From positions 7,023 through 71,022 of the forward strand of contig JAGBAJ010000064.1 of the NCBI GenBank assembly GCA_017939755.1: DNA of 64,000 bases, in the 5' to 3' direction. Of the stretch, positions 9,374 through 19,285 are shown piece after piece. Position 1 is the stretch's first letter, and every line of letters begins with the position of its first letter. Source of the stretch: Clostridia bacterium. Its GTDB lineage: Bacteria; Bacillota; Clostridia; TANB77; CAG-508. The translations under genes were made by a program, and so were the position numbers. Below the pieces are notes generated by a model. The model was not told the DNA's origin. It ran no database searches and saw only the letters and a list, made by a program, of their open reading frames with translations.

Positions 9374-11407
9374 TTGGAAGATAGAGAGAAGAAAAAGTCA
9401 AATCTTAGATATAATTTGTTAACAATAGTAGTTCTTATAATAGGATTTATTTTGCTGTGTCAGTTGATAAACCTGCAAATAATCAATGGAGATGAATATA
9501 GAGCACAATCTAGTACAAGGCTTACAAGAGAAACTATTATACATGCTGATAGAGGCGAAATTTTAGATAGAAATGGCGTAAAGCTTGTAACAACAAGTAC
9601 GGGCTATTCGTTAAATCTATATAGGACGACTACAGATAACAAACAATTAAATGAAAATATAAAAAACATTATTGAGGTATTAGAGCTAAATGATGATTCA
9701 TATATTGATAACCTGATATTATCAGTAGAGCCCTTCGGATTTACAACAGATAATGAGGAGACTATAACCAAATGGAAAAAAAATAATTCAATGGATGAAA
9801 GCTATTCCGCTGAACAATGCTTTTATAGCTTGAAAAATAAATACCAAATTGAGTACGATGATATTGTACAGGCGAGAAAAATTATGGCAATAAGGTATGA
9901 GATAACACTTAAGGGATTCAGCAATGTTAAGCCTGTCGAAATTGCAAGTAATATTAGCAAAAATTCTGTTTTGAATTTCTGCGAGGGTAGCTCAAGATTT
10001 TCTGGAATTGATATAGTAACATCTCCAGTAGTCACATATAACTATGGAAGCTTAGCCTCACATTTATTAGGATATTGTGGTAAAATTACACAAGCAGAAT
10101 TAGAAAAAGTGGGCGATGAGTATACTGATAGTGAATTAATTGGGAAAACAGGAATTCAATATGTTTTTGAAAAATATTTAAAAGGAAAAAATGGTAAGAG
10201 ACAAATTGATATGGATGTCAATGGAAATATTACTGGGGAGTATATAACAGAAGAGCCAATAGTTGGTGCCGATGTTGAGCTTACAATTGATGCAAATATT
10301 CAAAAAGTAGCTGAAGAATCATTAAAGGCAGATATAGAGAAAATTGCATCAGGTGGTTATGCAGAGCAAAGCGATGCAACTGCAGGGGCAGTGGTTGTTA
10401 TGAATACAAAAAATGGTGAAATATTAGCTTTAGCTAGTTATCCAGACTTTGAACCACAGCTATTTGTAAATGGTATTGGTACAGAGAAGTATAAAGAATA
10501 TAATGAGGTACAAGCTCTATATAATAGAGCAATTAGTGGGGCATATGCACCAGGTTCAACATTTAAAATGGTAACTGCGATTGCTGGATTAGAAAGCGGC
10601 AAGATTTCACCAAATGATAAAATAAGTTGTACAGGTGTTTATCCATATGCACATAAGCCAGTTTGTTGGTATTACACAAGTTATAAAGGTGGCCATGGAG
10701 GTCTAAATGTATCACAGGCAATTCAACATTCATGTAACTATTATTTTTATGAAATAGGAAATAGAATTGGAATTGATACTTTATCAGAGTATTCAGCGTA
10801 TTTTGGGCTTGGTAGAAAAACAGGAATTGAATTACCTAGTGAGACAAATGGAAGTATTGCATCAAAAAAGCATGCAGAGGAGGAAAACAGAGATTGGTAT
10901 TTAGGAGAAACTTTATCTGCAGCTATTGGGCAAAGCTATAATAACGCTTCACCAATTCAAATGGCAAAATATATTAGTATGCTTGTTAACGGTGGTCACC
11001 AAATAAACGTTACAACCATAAAATCTGTAAGAAATTCGGATGGAGCGGAGATTTCTAAGGATGAAGTAAATAAGTATGTTAATAATTTATTGGGAATAAA
11101 GGAAGCGGATATTGATGAAAAAACATTTAATCAAGAAAATTTACAAGCTGTACTAGATGGTATGAAAAATGTTACTACAGAATCGGGAGGAACTGCATAT
11201 TCAATCTTCAAAGATTCTTCTGTAACAGTAGGTGGAAAAACTGGATCTGCTCAAGCAGGTAAGAAAACACATGCATGGTTCGTTGGATTTGCACCTTTTG
11301 ATGATCCTGAAATTGCAGTTGTTGCAATTGTAGAAAATGGTGGTCATGGTGCATATGCTGCACAAATAGCAAGAGATATTTTTGAATCGTATTTTTATGA
11401 AGATTAG
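9374..11407 (+). CDS. mrdA: penicillin-binding protein 2 (elongation-specific transpeptidase)
   Basis: N-terminal TM anchor plus SxxK (STFKMV), SxN (SCN) and KTG (KTGSA). Located downstream of mreBCD. Confidence 0.92.
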   Translation: MEDREKKKSNLRYNLLTIVVLIIGFILLCQLINLQIINGDEYRAQSSTRLTRETIIHADRGEILDRNGVKLVTTSTGYSLNLYRTTTDNKQLNENIKNIIEVLELNDDSYIDNLILSVEPFGFTTDNEETITKWKKNNSMDESYSAEQCFYSLKNKYQIEYDDIVQARKIMAIRYEITLKGFSNVKPVEIASNISKNSVLNFCEGSSRFSGIDIVTSPVVTYNYGSLASHLLGYCGKITQAELEKVGDEYTDSELIGKTGIQYVFEKYLKGKNGKRQIDMDVNGNITGEYITEEPIVGADVELTIDANIQKVAEESLKADIEKIASGGYAEQSDATAGAVVVMNTKNGEILALASYPDFEPQLFVNGIGTEKYKEYNEVQALYNRAISGAYAPGSTFKMVTAIAGLESGKISPNDKISCTGVYPYAHKPVCWYYTSYKGGHGGLNVSQAIQHSCNYYFYEIGNRIGIDTLSEYSAYFGLGRKTGIELPSETNGSIASKKHAEEENRDWYLGETLSAAIGQSYNNASPIQMAKYISMLVNGGHQINVTTIKSVRNSDGAEISKDEVNKYVNNLLGIKEADIDEKTFNQENLQAVLDGMKNVTTESGGTAYSIFKDSSVTVGGKTGSAQAGKKTHAWFVGFAPFDDPEIAVVAIVENGGHGAYAAQIARDIFESYFYED

Positions 11408-11417
11408 TATTAAGTTT

Positions 11418-11672
11418 CCTAGGTATAAATTGATATTATACCTAGGAATATTTTCTATTATAGGAAATATTACATTGCACACAAATTTTCCTTGAAAATT
11501 TGGCGCACGAACATCGATTAGCCGTGCGAATGAAATCAAGATAGCTGTGCGAAAGAAATGAGCTACAGATATCTTATGCAAAGCTGAGTTACGGATAATA
11601 CATACACAGGAAATACGTGGCATGAGAAATAATCTAAAATGTCAGAAAATATTAATCATGCCACTTTTGTTC
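11418..11672 (+). repeat. mosaic repeat family B, copy B1 (expanded internal units)
   Basis: Contains CATCGATTAGCCGTGCGAATGAAAT..TAGCTGTGCGAAAGAAAT..TACGGATAATACAT and a terminal hairpin ggcatga..tcatgcc followed by ACTTTTGTTC. Abuts the stop codon of the minus-strand gene at 11672. Confidence 0.7.
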
Positions 11673-12013
11673 TATAATACTAAAAGAGCTAAAAGAGCCA
11701 TGTATAATAATCCGTCATTTACATTTTCTTTATATAAAAAAAATAAGAGCATTAATATAAGCAAGTCATCTTGATAAATTTGTATACCATGGAATTCTAG
11801 AATTGGTTTATCAATATTTAATTCGTTGACTTGCGTTTTTCGCTGTTCTAATTTGGAATCCGGATTTTCTTTAGAGAACTCTTGATTAGAACCAAAAACA
11901 GATGAATTTTTGTTTACAGCTAGTGTATCTATTTTGTTTGAATTAATACTAGATTTGGGATAATGAAGGGGTCGTCTTGAATTTGCATATCTTGGATAAT
12001 AATATCTATTCAT
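11672..12013 (-). CDS. hypothetical small protein with C-terminal TM segment
   Basis: The ATG at 12013 overlaps the upstream stop (ATGAATAG coupling). The C-terminus LLILMLLFFLY...LLYMALLALLVL is hydrophobic. The track extends the ORF to GTG 12031. Confidence 0.6.
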   Translation of the reverse strand: MNRYYYPRYANSRRPLHYPKSSINSNKIDTLAVNKNSSVFGSNQEFSKENPDSKLEQRKTQVNELNIDKPILEFHGIQIYQDDLLILMLLFFLYKENVNDGLLYMALLALLVL

Positions 12014-12452
12014 TTTTTTTGCTTTCACCACCTAAAGGCCCCATAACTTCTATAATCTTTGCTAGATTAAGCATTTTTATATATTGATCTAATTTTTCTT
12101 TTTTCGAATCACGAAGATAAGGTTTTAGAGAAAGAAGTAAATTAGAGCGAGAATCATTAGAGCTATTATTTATGTTTTTTAAAATAGATTGTAATTTTAA
12201 AAATGTTTGTATATCAAAGTCAAAATTTTTTGCTTTATTAGAATCACTCGTGCTATTTGATGAATCATTAATATTATCTTTTGCGTTATTGGCATTTTCA
12301 GTACTACTAGATTGTGAAGTAAAATCTGTTTTACTAGAAGAGTTATCAGATGAAGAAATATTGCCTAAAATATTTTTCAAGTTTGAACGTGTTTCTTCAT
12401 CTGATAGCATACTATTTAACTTTTGAAAAATATCATTCATATCTCCATCCAT
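12006..12452 (-). CDS. hypothetical Ser/Asn-rich protein
   Basis: 148-aa ORF with SD ggaggtag upstream. The middle is low-complexity and the C-terminus (LLLSLKPYLRDSKKEKLDQYIKMLNLAKI) looks conserved. Confidence 0.6.
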   Translation of the reverse strand: MDGDMNDIFQKLNSMLSDEETRSNLKNILGNISSSDNSSSKTDFTSQSSSTENANNAKDNINDSSNSTSDSNKAKNFDFDIQTFLKLQSILKNINNSSNDSRSNLLLSLKPYLRDSKKEKLDQYIKMLNLAKIIEVMGPLGGESKKNE

Positions 12453-12485
12453 AAGCTACCTCCATTTTATGAGAGCATAAAAAAG

Positions 12486-12659
12486 TTATTGATGCCCGTT
12501 ATTATTGTTCATTGTATTTTTCAGTTGATTAACTAAATTTTTTCCATCATTAGTGCTCAGAATATTACTTAGCTGACCGACTCCTTTTTCTAAGTCCTTT
12601 TTATCCATATGAGATAGGATATTAATTAGTTTTGACATATCAACATTATTATTGTCCAT
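12486..12659 (-). CDS. hypothetical 57-aa protein (below ORF-track cutoff)
   Basis: My own translation is MDNNNVDMSKLINILSHMDKKDLEKGVGQLSNILSTNDGKNLVNQLKNTMNNNNGHQ. SD ggagga lies 7 nt upstream. It shares an L-x-x-I/M-L-S motif with the next gene. Confidence 0.45.
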   Translation of the reverse strand: MDNNNVDMSKLINILSHMDKKDLEKGVGQLSNILSTNDGKNLVNQLKNTMNNNNGHQ

Positions 12660-12792
12660 AAATCCTCCATAAATATTTCTTATTATAATATATGCAACAA
12701 ATTCTTAAAATTCACAGCATAATTTCATTTTTTATGAATTTTCCAGGTATAAATTGGTAGTATATCTAAGATTTTTACCTAAAGCATTAGTC

Positions 12793-12892
12793 GTCTGTTA
12801 CTAGTCAGCCATATTTGAAAAGATATGTAATATAAATACTAAGACTTTTTATTACATTATAATTTGATTTAAGGCTGACTGATAACAGTCAC
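12793..12892. repeat. palindromic repeat family D, full copy D1 (upstream of spoIIE)
   Basis: An 18-bp outer IR ctgttactagtcagcc / ggctgactgataacag encloses an inner atgtaata / tattacat hairpin. Confidence 0.65.
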
Positions 12893-13118
12893 TATAAATA
12901 AGTATATATAATTTTTCTTCTAAATATTGTTTTTTGAGGATTTATGCGGTAGAATATAAAACATAATTTGTGTTATTAAGAAAGATAATAGGGAATAAAT
13001 ATAAATTATATCACAATATGTAAAAAACTTTTTATTATTTATGTATCAAATACGACAAATATTTTAGTCACAATTGTGTAAGATATGTACATAAATAAAA
13101 AAGCAAGAGGTGGTAAGG

Positions 13119-15599
13119 ATGTTTCAAGATACGACTAATGATTTTTATAAACGAAATCATAGTAAGGATGTTAAATTTGATGGCGATGAAATGAAAGAGC
13201 TATTAAAGAAATTATTTTCAGTAAAAAATATCATTATATACATAATTTCTTTTATGATCTCGATGGTCAGTTTTGGTGGAGATGCTTCGCTTGGAATTGC
13301 CCCGTTTTCACTTGCAATAGTTTCGGCAGCAGCAAGTACTGGAATTCCAATAAGTTTTGTCTATATAGCAACTCTGTTAGGTAGCTATGTGGGACTTGGG
13401 GCAGATATTACTGGAAATTATTTTTTAACTAGTATAGTGTTTTTTGCAACGTTATTTATTATAAAGGCCAAAAAACAAGATGATGTAAATGAAAAGGTTA
13501 TGTTAGGGAAAAACATATGTATATCAATTTTATTAGTAAGAATTGTTCCTATGTTGTTTACATCAATAAAAGTTTCAAGCTTGATATTGGCAATAATGCT
13601 AACTATAGTTACGTATATTTTTTATAAAATATTTGTTAATTCATTAGATTTAATTTACGAATATGGATATAAAACTGTATTTTCTGTTGAAGAGGTAATA
13701 GGTGCAAGCTTACTTCTAGCAATAGCCCTATCTGCTATTGCACCAGTACATATATTAGGATATTCATTAAAAAATATTTTATGTATTTTGATTGTTCTAA
13801 TATTAGGATGGAAATGTGGTGTATTATTCGGTACTACAGGCGGTGCTACTATAGGTATAGTGCTAGGAATAATTGGAAATGAACATCCAATTGTTGTTGC
13901 AGCATTTTCAATTGCTGGTATGTTAGCAGGAATATTTAGCAAAATAGGAAAAATTGGAGTTATCATTGGATTCGTAATAGGAAATGTTATAATAACATAT
14001 TTTTCTAATGGAGACGTAGAGCCTATAATTGTATTTCAAGAAATATTAATAGCATCACTTGGATTGTTATTAATTCCAAAAAGAGCAGAGCATGTTATGG
14101 ACGATTTATTTGATAGAACGTCAGTATTACCGGAGACAACCAAACGTACATTAAATACGAGCAAAGAAACAGCAACAAAACTAAACAATATCTCAGAAAC
14201 GATATCTGAAATTGCAAAAAGTTATAATCAGGTAGCTGCAACAACTATTGAAGAAAAAGATGAAATACAAGATGCAAACAAAAAAATATTTGAAGAAGAG
14301 CTAAAAAACAATCTTGAAGGGTTAGAGGATAATATTTTGTATCAAGATATAAGCTGTTCTAATGAAATTATGAGTGATATCTATGATTGTTTAAAGAATA
14401 ACAATGAACTTACTAAAGATATGTTAATTGCAATTTTTGCAAAATATAATAATTATATTATTGGTATCGAGAATGGAAATTCTAGCAATGCTAGTGTCGA
14501 TAACGATATAATAGCTATGATTGATGCAATAAACAAATCTTATGATTTAGCAAAGATTAATTTTGTATGGAAGAAAAAAATAGAAGAAAAAAATAAAAAT
14601 ATGTGCAACCAATTAGAAAGTGTTTCTGAAGCTATATCTGATTTAGCAGAAGATATAGAGCATGAAGATGTAGATATTTTTTCTGAAAAAAAGGAACAAA
14701 TCACAAAATTATTAGCACAAAAGGGAATTAATATTTCCGAAATTAAAATAAAAGAAAGCGATTCAAAGAGAAAGACAATTAGTATATACACAAAGCAAGA
14801 TAATTGCAAGCAAGATAGTTGCGAATACAAAAAAATTGAAAGAGTACTAGCAAAGGTATTTGAAGAGCCGATAATTTTACAAAAAAGAAAATGCGGAGCA
14901 AAGTCAAATACAAACATATGTGGATATCAATTTATCTCAAAGGATATGTATAATCTAAAAGTTGGAATTGCAAGAGCAAAAAAGCACGATTCATTGGTAT
15001 CAGGAGACACAAGTATTCAAACTAAACTTAGTGATGGCAAGTATTTACTTGCAATAAGTGATGGAAAAGGATCTGGACCGGAAGCAAGAAAATGCAGCAA
15101 AATTGCAATAAAGATGTTAGAAAAGATGTTATCATCTGGATTTAAAAAGGATGTATCTGTGAAAATGATAAATTCTACATTAGCAGCAGATATGGATGAT
15201 GATATGTATGCAACTCTTGATATGTCTATTTTAGATTTATATCAGGGAAGTATTGAGTTTGTTAAGAACGGAGCGTGTCCAACATATATTAAGCATAATA
15301 AAAGTGTAGAGCTAATAAACTCGGTTACATTGCCAACCGGAATTATAGATGAAGTTGATTTAGTTGTGTACGATAAAGATGTTGAAGATGGTGATATTAT
15401 AGTTATGTGTAGTGATGGAATTATAGAGTCAAATGAAGACTATACACATAAAGAGCTATGGCTAAAATATTTCCTTGAAGAGCTTCAAACAAATGATGTT
15501 CAACAAATTGCTGACTTAATAATAAGCCAAGCTATAGATAATAACTATGGGAAAGAAAAGGACGACATGACAGTAATAGTTGCAAAAGTGTGCAAATAG
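13119..15599 (+). CDS. spoIIE: stage II sporulation protein E (PP2C phosphatase)
   Basis: About 10 N-terminal TM segments, a central linker and a C-terminal PP2C domain (SGDTS...AISDGKGSGPEA...MCSDGI...DDMTVIV). ATG at 13119 has SD gaggtgg 5 nt upstream; the track starts at GTG 13110. Confidence 0.95.
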   Translation: MFQDTTNDFYKRNHSKDVKFDGDEMKELLKKLFSVKNIIIYIISFMISMVSFGGDASLGIAPFSLAIVSAAASTGIPISFVYIATLLGSYVGLGADITGNYFLTSIVFFATLFIIKAKKQDDVNEKVMLGKNICISILLVRIVPMLFTSIKVSSLILAIMLTIVTYIFYKIFVNSLDLIYEYGYKTVFSVEEVIGASLLLAIALSAIAPVHILGYSLKNILCILIVLILGWKCGVLFGTTGGATIGIVLGIIGNEHPIVVAAFSIAGMLAGIFSKIGKIGVIIGFVIGNVIITYFSNGDVEPIIVFQEILIASLGLLLIPKRAEHVMDDLFDRTSVLPETTKRTLNTSKETATKLNNISETISEIAKSYNQVAATTIEEKDEIQDANKKIFEEELKNNLEGLEDNILYQDISCSNEIMSDIYDCLKNNNELTKDMLIAIFAKYNNYIIGIENGNSSNASVDNDIIAMIDAINKSYDLAKINFVWKKKIEEKNKNMCNQLESVSEAISDLAEDIEHEDVDIFSEKKEQITKLLAQKGINISEIKIKESDSKRKTISIYTKQDNCKQDSCEYKKIERVLAKVFEEPIILQKRKCGAKSNTNICGYQFISKDMYNLKVGIARAKKHDSLVSGDTSIQTKLSDGKYLLAISDGKGSGPEARKCSKIAIKMLEKMLSSGFKKDVSVKMINSTLAADMDDDMYATLDMSILDLYQGSIEFVKNGACPTYIKHNKSVELINSVTLPTGIIDEVDLVVYDKDVEDGDIIVMCSDGIIESNEDYTHKELWLKYFLEELQTNDVQQIADLIISQAIDNNYGKEKDDMTVIVAKVCK

Positions 15600-15603
15600 T
15601 ATA

Positions 15604-15638
15604 GAGCCCCTATATATTAATTTTAGGGGCTTTTTTTT
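15604..15638 (+). terminator. rho-independent terminator of spoIIE
   Basis: agcccct...aggggct stem followed by T8. Confidence 0.85.
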
Positions 15639-15654
15639 GTACATTAATAAGCTA

Positions 15655-15686
15655 CTAGTTAGCCATATTTGAAAAGATATGTAATA
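15655..15686. repeat. family D half copy D2 (just after the spoIIE terminator)
   Basis: ctagttagccatatttgaaaagatatgtaata matches D1 ctagtcagccatatttgaaaagatatgtaata at 31 of 32 positions. Confidence 0.65.
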
Positions 15687-15789
15687 AAAAAAGTTCTAGA
15701 TATCATAATTAATATGTAAATCTTTACATAAAAAAATCTGTATGATATAATTATGATGGAAAATTAATATATAGGAAAGGTGCTGTAGA

Positions 15790-16785
15790 ATGAATCAAAT
15801 TTTGTCATTTCAAAATTCTGCAAACGGAAGAAGAATAATACAAAATAACCTAAAACATCTTTGTATGCTTTTAATAATATTTGCATTAGTCATGATTGGT
15901 GAAGGTGGATGGCGATTATATACAAATTTAAATAAAAAAGTCAATGTAGATAAACCGATGCTGATAGGACATAGAAATTTAAATAAAACGATATTCGATA
16001 TTAAGGCTGATAATGGTGTCCAAAAAATTATATATAAATGGATAAGTGACGATGAAACAATAATTAATGAGGAGACAACAATCGAAAAAGCAGGCGAAAA
16101 AGAGACATCTTTTGAAATAGATAATAGAATCGGTGTAAATTATTTATCAATAAAAATTATAGATTCAAGAGGAAATACAATTACATATAACGATGTTAAA
16201 ATCGTGTATGATGAGGAAGAAATTATAAGCCCAGTTACAGAGCAAGATCCTCCTTCAGATCAAAGTTGGGAAGATGCAGTTGCAAATGACAAGGTAGAGC
16301 CAACGATTGAACTAAGTGCAGAAAAAGGCAAAGTAGTAATTAATGCAAGAGACAATGTAAAAATGTCATATGTAACTTATAAATGGAATGATGGAGAAGA
16401 AACAAAAATCACGGGGTTATCAGAAGATGAAAAGTCTATAACAGCTAGTATAGATGCTATGAAAGGGGATAATGTTCTTAAAATAAAGAGCGTAGATAAA
16501 GCTGGAAATACTAAAGAATTTGAAAAAGAGGTACATGGAACAGATGGTCCTCAAATTTCAGTAAAAAAAGACCAAGAAGCGGGCAAGATAATAGCTGATA
16601 TTACAGATGAATATGGTATTACTAAAGTAGAATATAATTTTAACAATGAGCAGAAAACTATAGATAATATAGAAGGAACTTCATATAAGTTAGAATTTGA
16701 TTTAATAGATGGAGACAACTTTATAATTATTTATGCTTACGAGGGAAATGTTAAGTCAGAATATAAAGGTAAAACAACAAAATAA
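15790..16785 (+). CDS. hypothetical membrane-anchored protein with repeated beta-rich modules
   Basis: 331-aa ORF with SD gaaaggtg and one N-terminal TM (LCMLLIIFALVMIG). About three similar ~90-aa segments follow (KIIYKW.., VTYKWNDGEE.., VEYNFNNEQK..). Confidence 0.7.
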   Translation: MNQILSFQNSANGRRIIQNNLKHLCMLLIIFALVMIGEGGWRLYTNLNKKVNVDKPMLIGHRNLNKTIFDIKADNGVQKIIYKWISDDETIINEETTIEKAGEKETSFEIDNRIGVNYLSIKIIDSRGNTITYNDVKIVYDEEEIISPVTEQDPPSDQSWEDAVANDKVEPTIELSAEKGKVVINARDNVKMSYVTYKWNDGEETKITGLSEDEKSITASIDAMKGDNVLKIKSVDKAGNTKEFEKEVHGTDGPQISVKKDQEAGKIIADITDEYGITKVEYNFNNEQKTIDNIEGTSYKLEFDLIDGDNFIIIYAYEGNVKSEYKGKTTK

Positions 16786-16826
16786 AAAAGAGCAGAATAA
16801 TTTTAATATTCTGCTTCTTTTTTATT
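16785..16826. terminator. bidirectional rho-independent terminator
   Basis: agcagaata / tattctgct stem flanked by an A-run upstream and a T-run downstream. It sits between convergent genes. Confidence 0.8.
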
Positions 16827-16845
16827 TAATTAAGAAAAGTTTAAA

Positions 16846-16968
16846 TTAGCAACATCCACCCCTGTTACCACCATTACAGCAACAGCAAATTATAAGAATT
16901 AAAACTATTATCCAGATGCAGTCATCACCAAATCCAAAACCACATCCGCAATTTCTATTTTCAGGCAT
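16846..16968 (-). CDS. 40-aa Cys/Gly-rich small membrane peptide (YjcZ-like?)
   Basis: Not in the ORF track. My translation is MPENRNCGCGFGFGDDCIWIIVLILIICCCCNGGNRGGCC. A strong SD gggaggg lies 8 nt upstream and the bidirectional terminator is immediately downstream. Confidence 0.6.
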   Translation of the reverse strand: MPENRNCGCGFGFGDDCIWIIVLILIICCCCNGGNRGGCC

Positions 16969-17180
16969 TCTTCAATTCCCTCCCTTCAAATGTTTTATAT
17001 GATATATATTATTCAAACTATAAAAATCTGTTACGAAAAAGTTGAATAAAATGTGAAATTGTATGTACAAAAATGCAAGAACAATGATATAATTCGGGAA
17101 AAAGGAATCAACAAGTAAAATAAAAATTAGTATGAAAAAAATTAATTTATTAATGCACTAGAAAGGAATGATAAAATCAA

Positions 17181-19271
17181 ATGGGTAACATCGTACTTTT
17201 GGATGACTTAACAATAAACAAAATTGCAGCAGGTGAGGTTATTGAAAGACCAGCTTCAGTTGTGAAAGAATTGATGGAAAATTCTATAGACGCTGGAGCC
17301 ACATCTGTAACAGCTGAAATAAAGAATGGTGGAATCACATATATAAGGATTACAGATAATGGTAAAGGATTTTTGCCAGATGACATGGAAATCGCATTTG
17401 AAAGACATGCAACAAGTAAGATCAGAAGCGCTAAGGACTTAGAAGTAGTTAAATCTATGGGATTTAGAGGTGAGGCACTTGCAAGTATTGCAGCGATTGC
17501 TCATGTTGAATTAACATCAAGAACTGCAGATAGTGACATTGGTTATAAAATTGTTGTAGAGGGCGGAAGTGTAATTAGTAAAGAAGTTGTAGGGTGTCCT
17601 AAAGGAACTACAATTGTAGTGGAAAATCTTTTTTATAATACACCAGTTAGATATAAGTTTCTAAAAAAGGATTTTACAGAGTTGGGATATGTTGAGGATG
17701 CGGTAAAGAGAATAGCACTTGTTAATCAAAACGTGGCTGTAAAATTAGTAAGTTTGGGAAAAACAATTATCCAAACTACAGGAAACGGAAAAATAAATGA
17801 TTCTGTATATAGTATTTATGGAAAAGAGACAGCAGAAAACATTATAAATATTGATTATAAACTTGATGATATGAGTGTTTCTGGATGCGTAGGTAAGACA
17901 AACATTGCAAAATCAAACCGAACTGGTCAGTTATTCTTTGTAAATGGAAGATTTATAAAAGATAAGACTTTATCGAGTGCTGCAGAGCAAGCATATAGAG
18001 GAATGTTACCTCCTGGAAAATATGGATTTCTAATTTTAAATCTAAATATTGATCCTCATCAAATTGATGTAAATGTGCATCCTGCAAAACTTGAAATTAG
18101 ATTTCAAGAAGAAAACAAAATATTTAAATTAGTATACCACGCCATTAAGGAAGCCTTTTTACAAGAAGAAAATAAATCTAACAAAAATGAAGAAGAAGAT
18201 ATATTGGAGTTAATAAAGGAAGGCGCAAATACTAAGTTTGACTCTAAAGAGCTAGAAAAGCAAAGAGAGTTTATATATTCTACACCAGCTGAAATAGAAG
18301 AAAAATCTAGGGCAGAAGAAAGTACAGGAAATCTTATAGAAGACTTATATAATGATAAGATTAAAAAGTCAGCTCTTGGAACAGAAGAAACAATAAACGT
18401 ATACGAGAAAAATGAGATAAAAGAAAAGAGCGAAGATAACTTTTCTGCTAATATTATAGATAAAGAAATTGATGATAATATTGAAAGTAAAAAAAGCGAA
18501 CAGAAAAAGGAAAAAATATCTGCTGAAACAGAAAAAGATAGTTTAGATAGCTCTTTTGAAGAAATGTATAGAAAAACGTTTGGAAAATCTCCTATAGAGA
18601 AAAAACCCCAAGATACTGAAGATGTAAAAGAAGATTTTAGTATTCAAACAGCAGAAGATGTAAAAATAATAGAAAGCAAAAGTTTGTTTAACAAAGTAAA
18701 ATATAAATTTATTGGTCTTGCATTTGGGGCATATGTTGTTATTGAAATAGACCAGGAGTTATACATAATAGACCAGGTGTCTGCAAATGAAAGGGTTATA
18801 TACGAAAACTTACTTAAGAACTACTACAATGAAACAAAGCGAGATTCTCAAGTAATGCTATTACCGGATATTGTAGAACTATCGTCAAAGGAAATGGATA
18901 TAGCAAGGGATAATCTAAACTTATTTAATAAATCTGGATTCGACATAGAAGAATTTGGAGAAAATACAATAAAAATAACCGGAGTGCCAAGTGTTTGTAT
19001 TAACCTAGATAACAAAGATCTGTTTAAGGAAAGTTTGGAAGAAATAAATACAGTTGCAAGAACATCAAAAGATGAGATTGAGCAAAAATTTATTGCTACA
19101 ATCGCTAGAAAAGTAGCTAAAAACATTCAAATTTCTACTACATTTGAACAGATAGATTCACTAATGCAAAGATTGTTAGTACTTGAAAAACCATTTGTTG
19201 GGGCAAATGGACAATCAGTGGCTATCAAATTATCAAAAACAGAAATTGAAAAGAAACTTTCAAAAAAGTAG
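17181..19271 (+). CDS. mutL: DNA mismatch repair protein MutL
   Basis: GHKL N-terminal motifs ELMENSIDAGAT, DNGKGF and GFRGEAL, a long acidic linker and a C-terminal dimerisation domain. Confidence 0.95.
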   Translation: MGNIVLLDDLTINKIAAGEVIERPASVVKELMENSIDAGATSVTAEIKNGGITYIRITDNGKGFLPDDMEIAFERHATSKIRSAKDLEVVKSMGFRGEALASIAAIAHVELTSRTADSDIGYKIVVEGGSVISKEVVGCPKGTTIVVENLFYNTPVRYKFLKKDFTELGYVEDAVKRIALVNQNVAVKLVSLGKTIIQTTGNGKINDSVYSIYGKETAENIINIDYKLDDMSVSGCVGKTNIAKSNRTGQLFFVNGRFIKDKTLSSAAEQAYRGMLPPGKYGFLILNLNIDPHQIDVNVHPAKLEIRFQEENKIFKLVYHAIKEAFLQEENKSNKNEEEDILELIKEGANTKFDSKELEKQREFIYSTPAEIEEKSRAEESTGNLIEDLYNDKIKKSALGTEETINVYEKNEIKEKSEDNFSANIIDKEIDDNIESKKSEQKKEKISAETEKDSLDSSFEEMYRKTFGKSPIEKKPQDTEDVKEDFSIQTAEDVKIIESKSLFNKVKYKFIGLAFGAYVVIEIDQELYIIDQVSANERVIYENLLKNYYNETKRDSQVMLLPDIVELSSKEMDIARDNLNLFNKSGFDIEEFGENTIKITGVPSVCINLDNKDLFKESLEEINTVARTSKDEIEQKFIATIARKVAKNIQISTTFEQIDSLMQRLLVLEKPFVGANGQSVAIKLSKTEIEKKLSKK

Positions 19272-19285
19272 AAGGGAATAGATAA

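Noticed and set aside
11503-11600. Tandem ~22-nt units inside repeats B1 and B2 (22825-22905), considered as a mini CRISPR array.
   Set aside because: There are only 2-3 imperfect units with no unique spacers of constant length between them. The units are part of a dispersed repeat family, and no cas genes are present.
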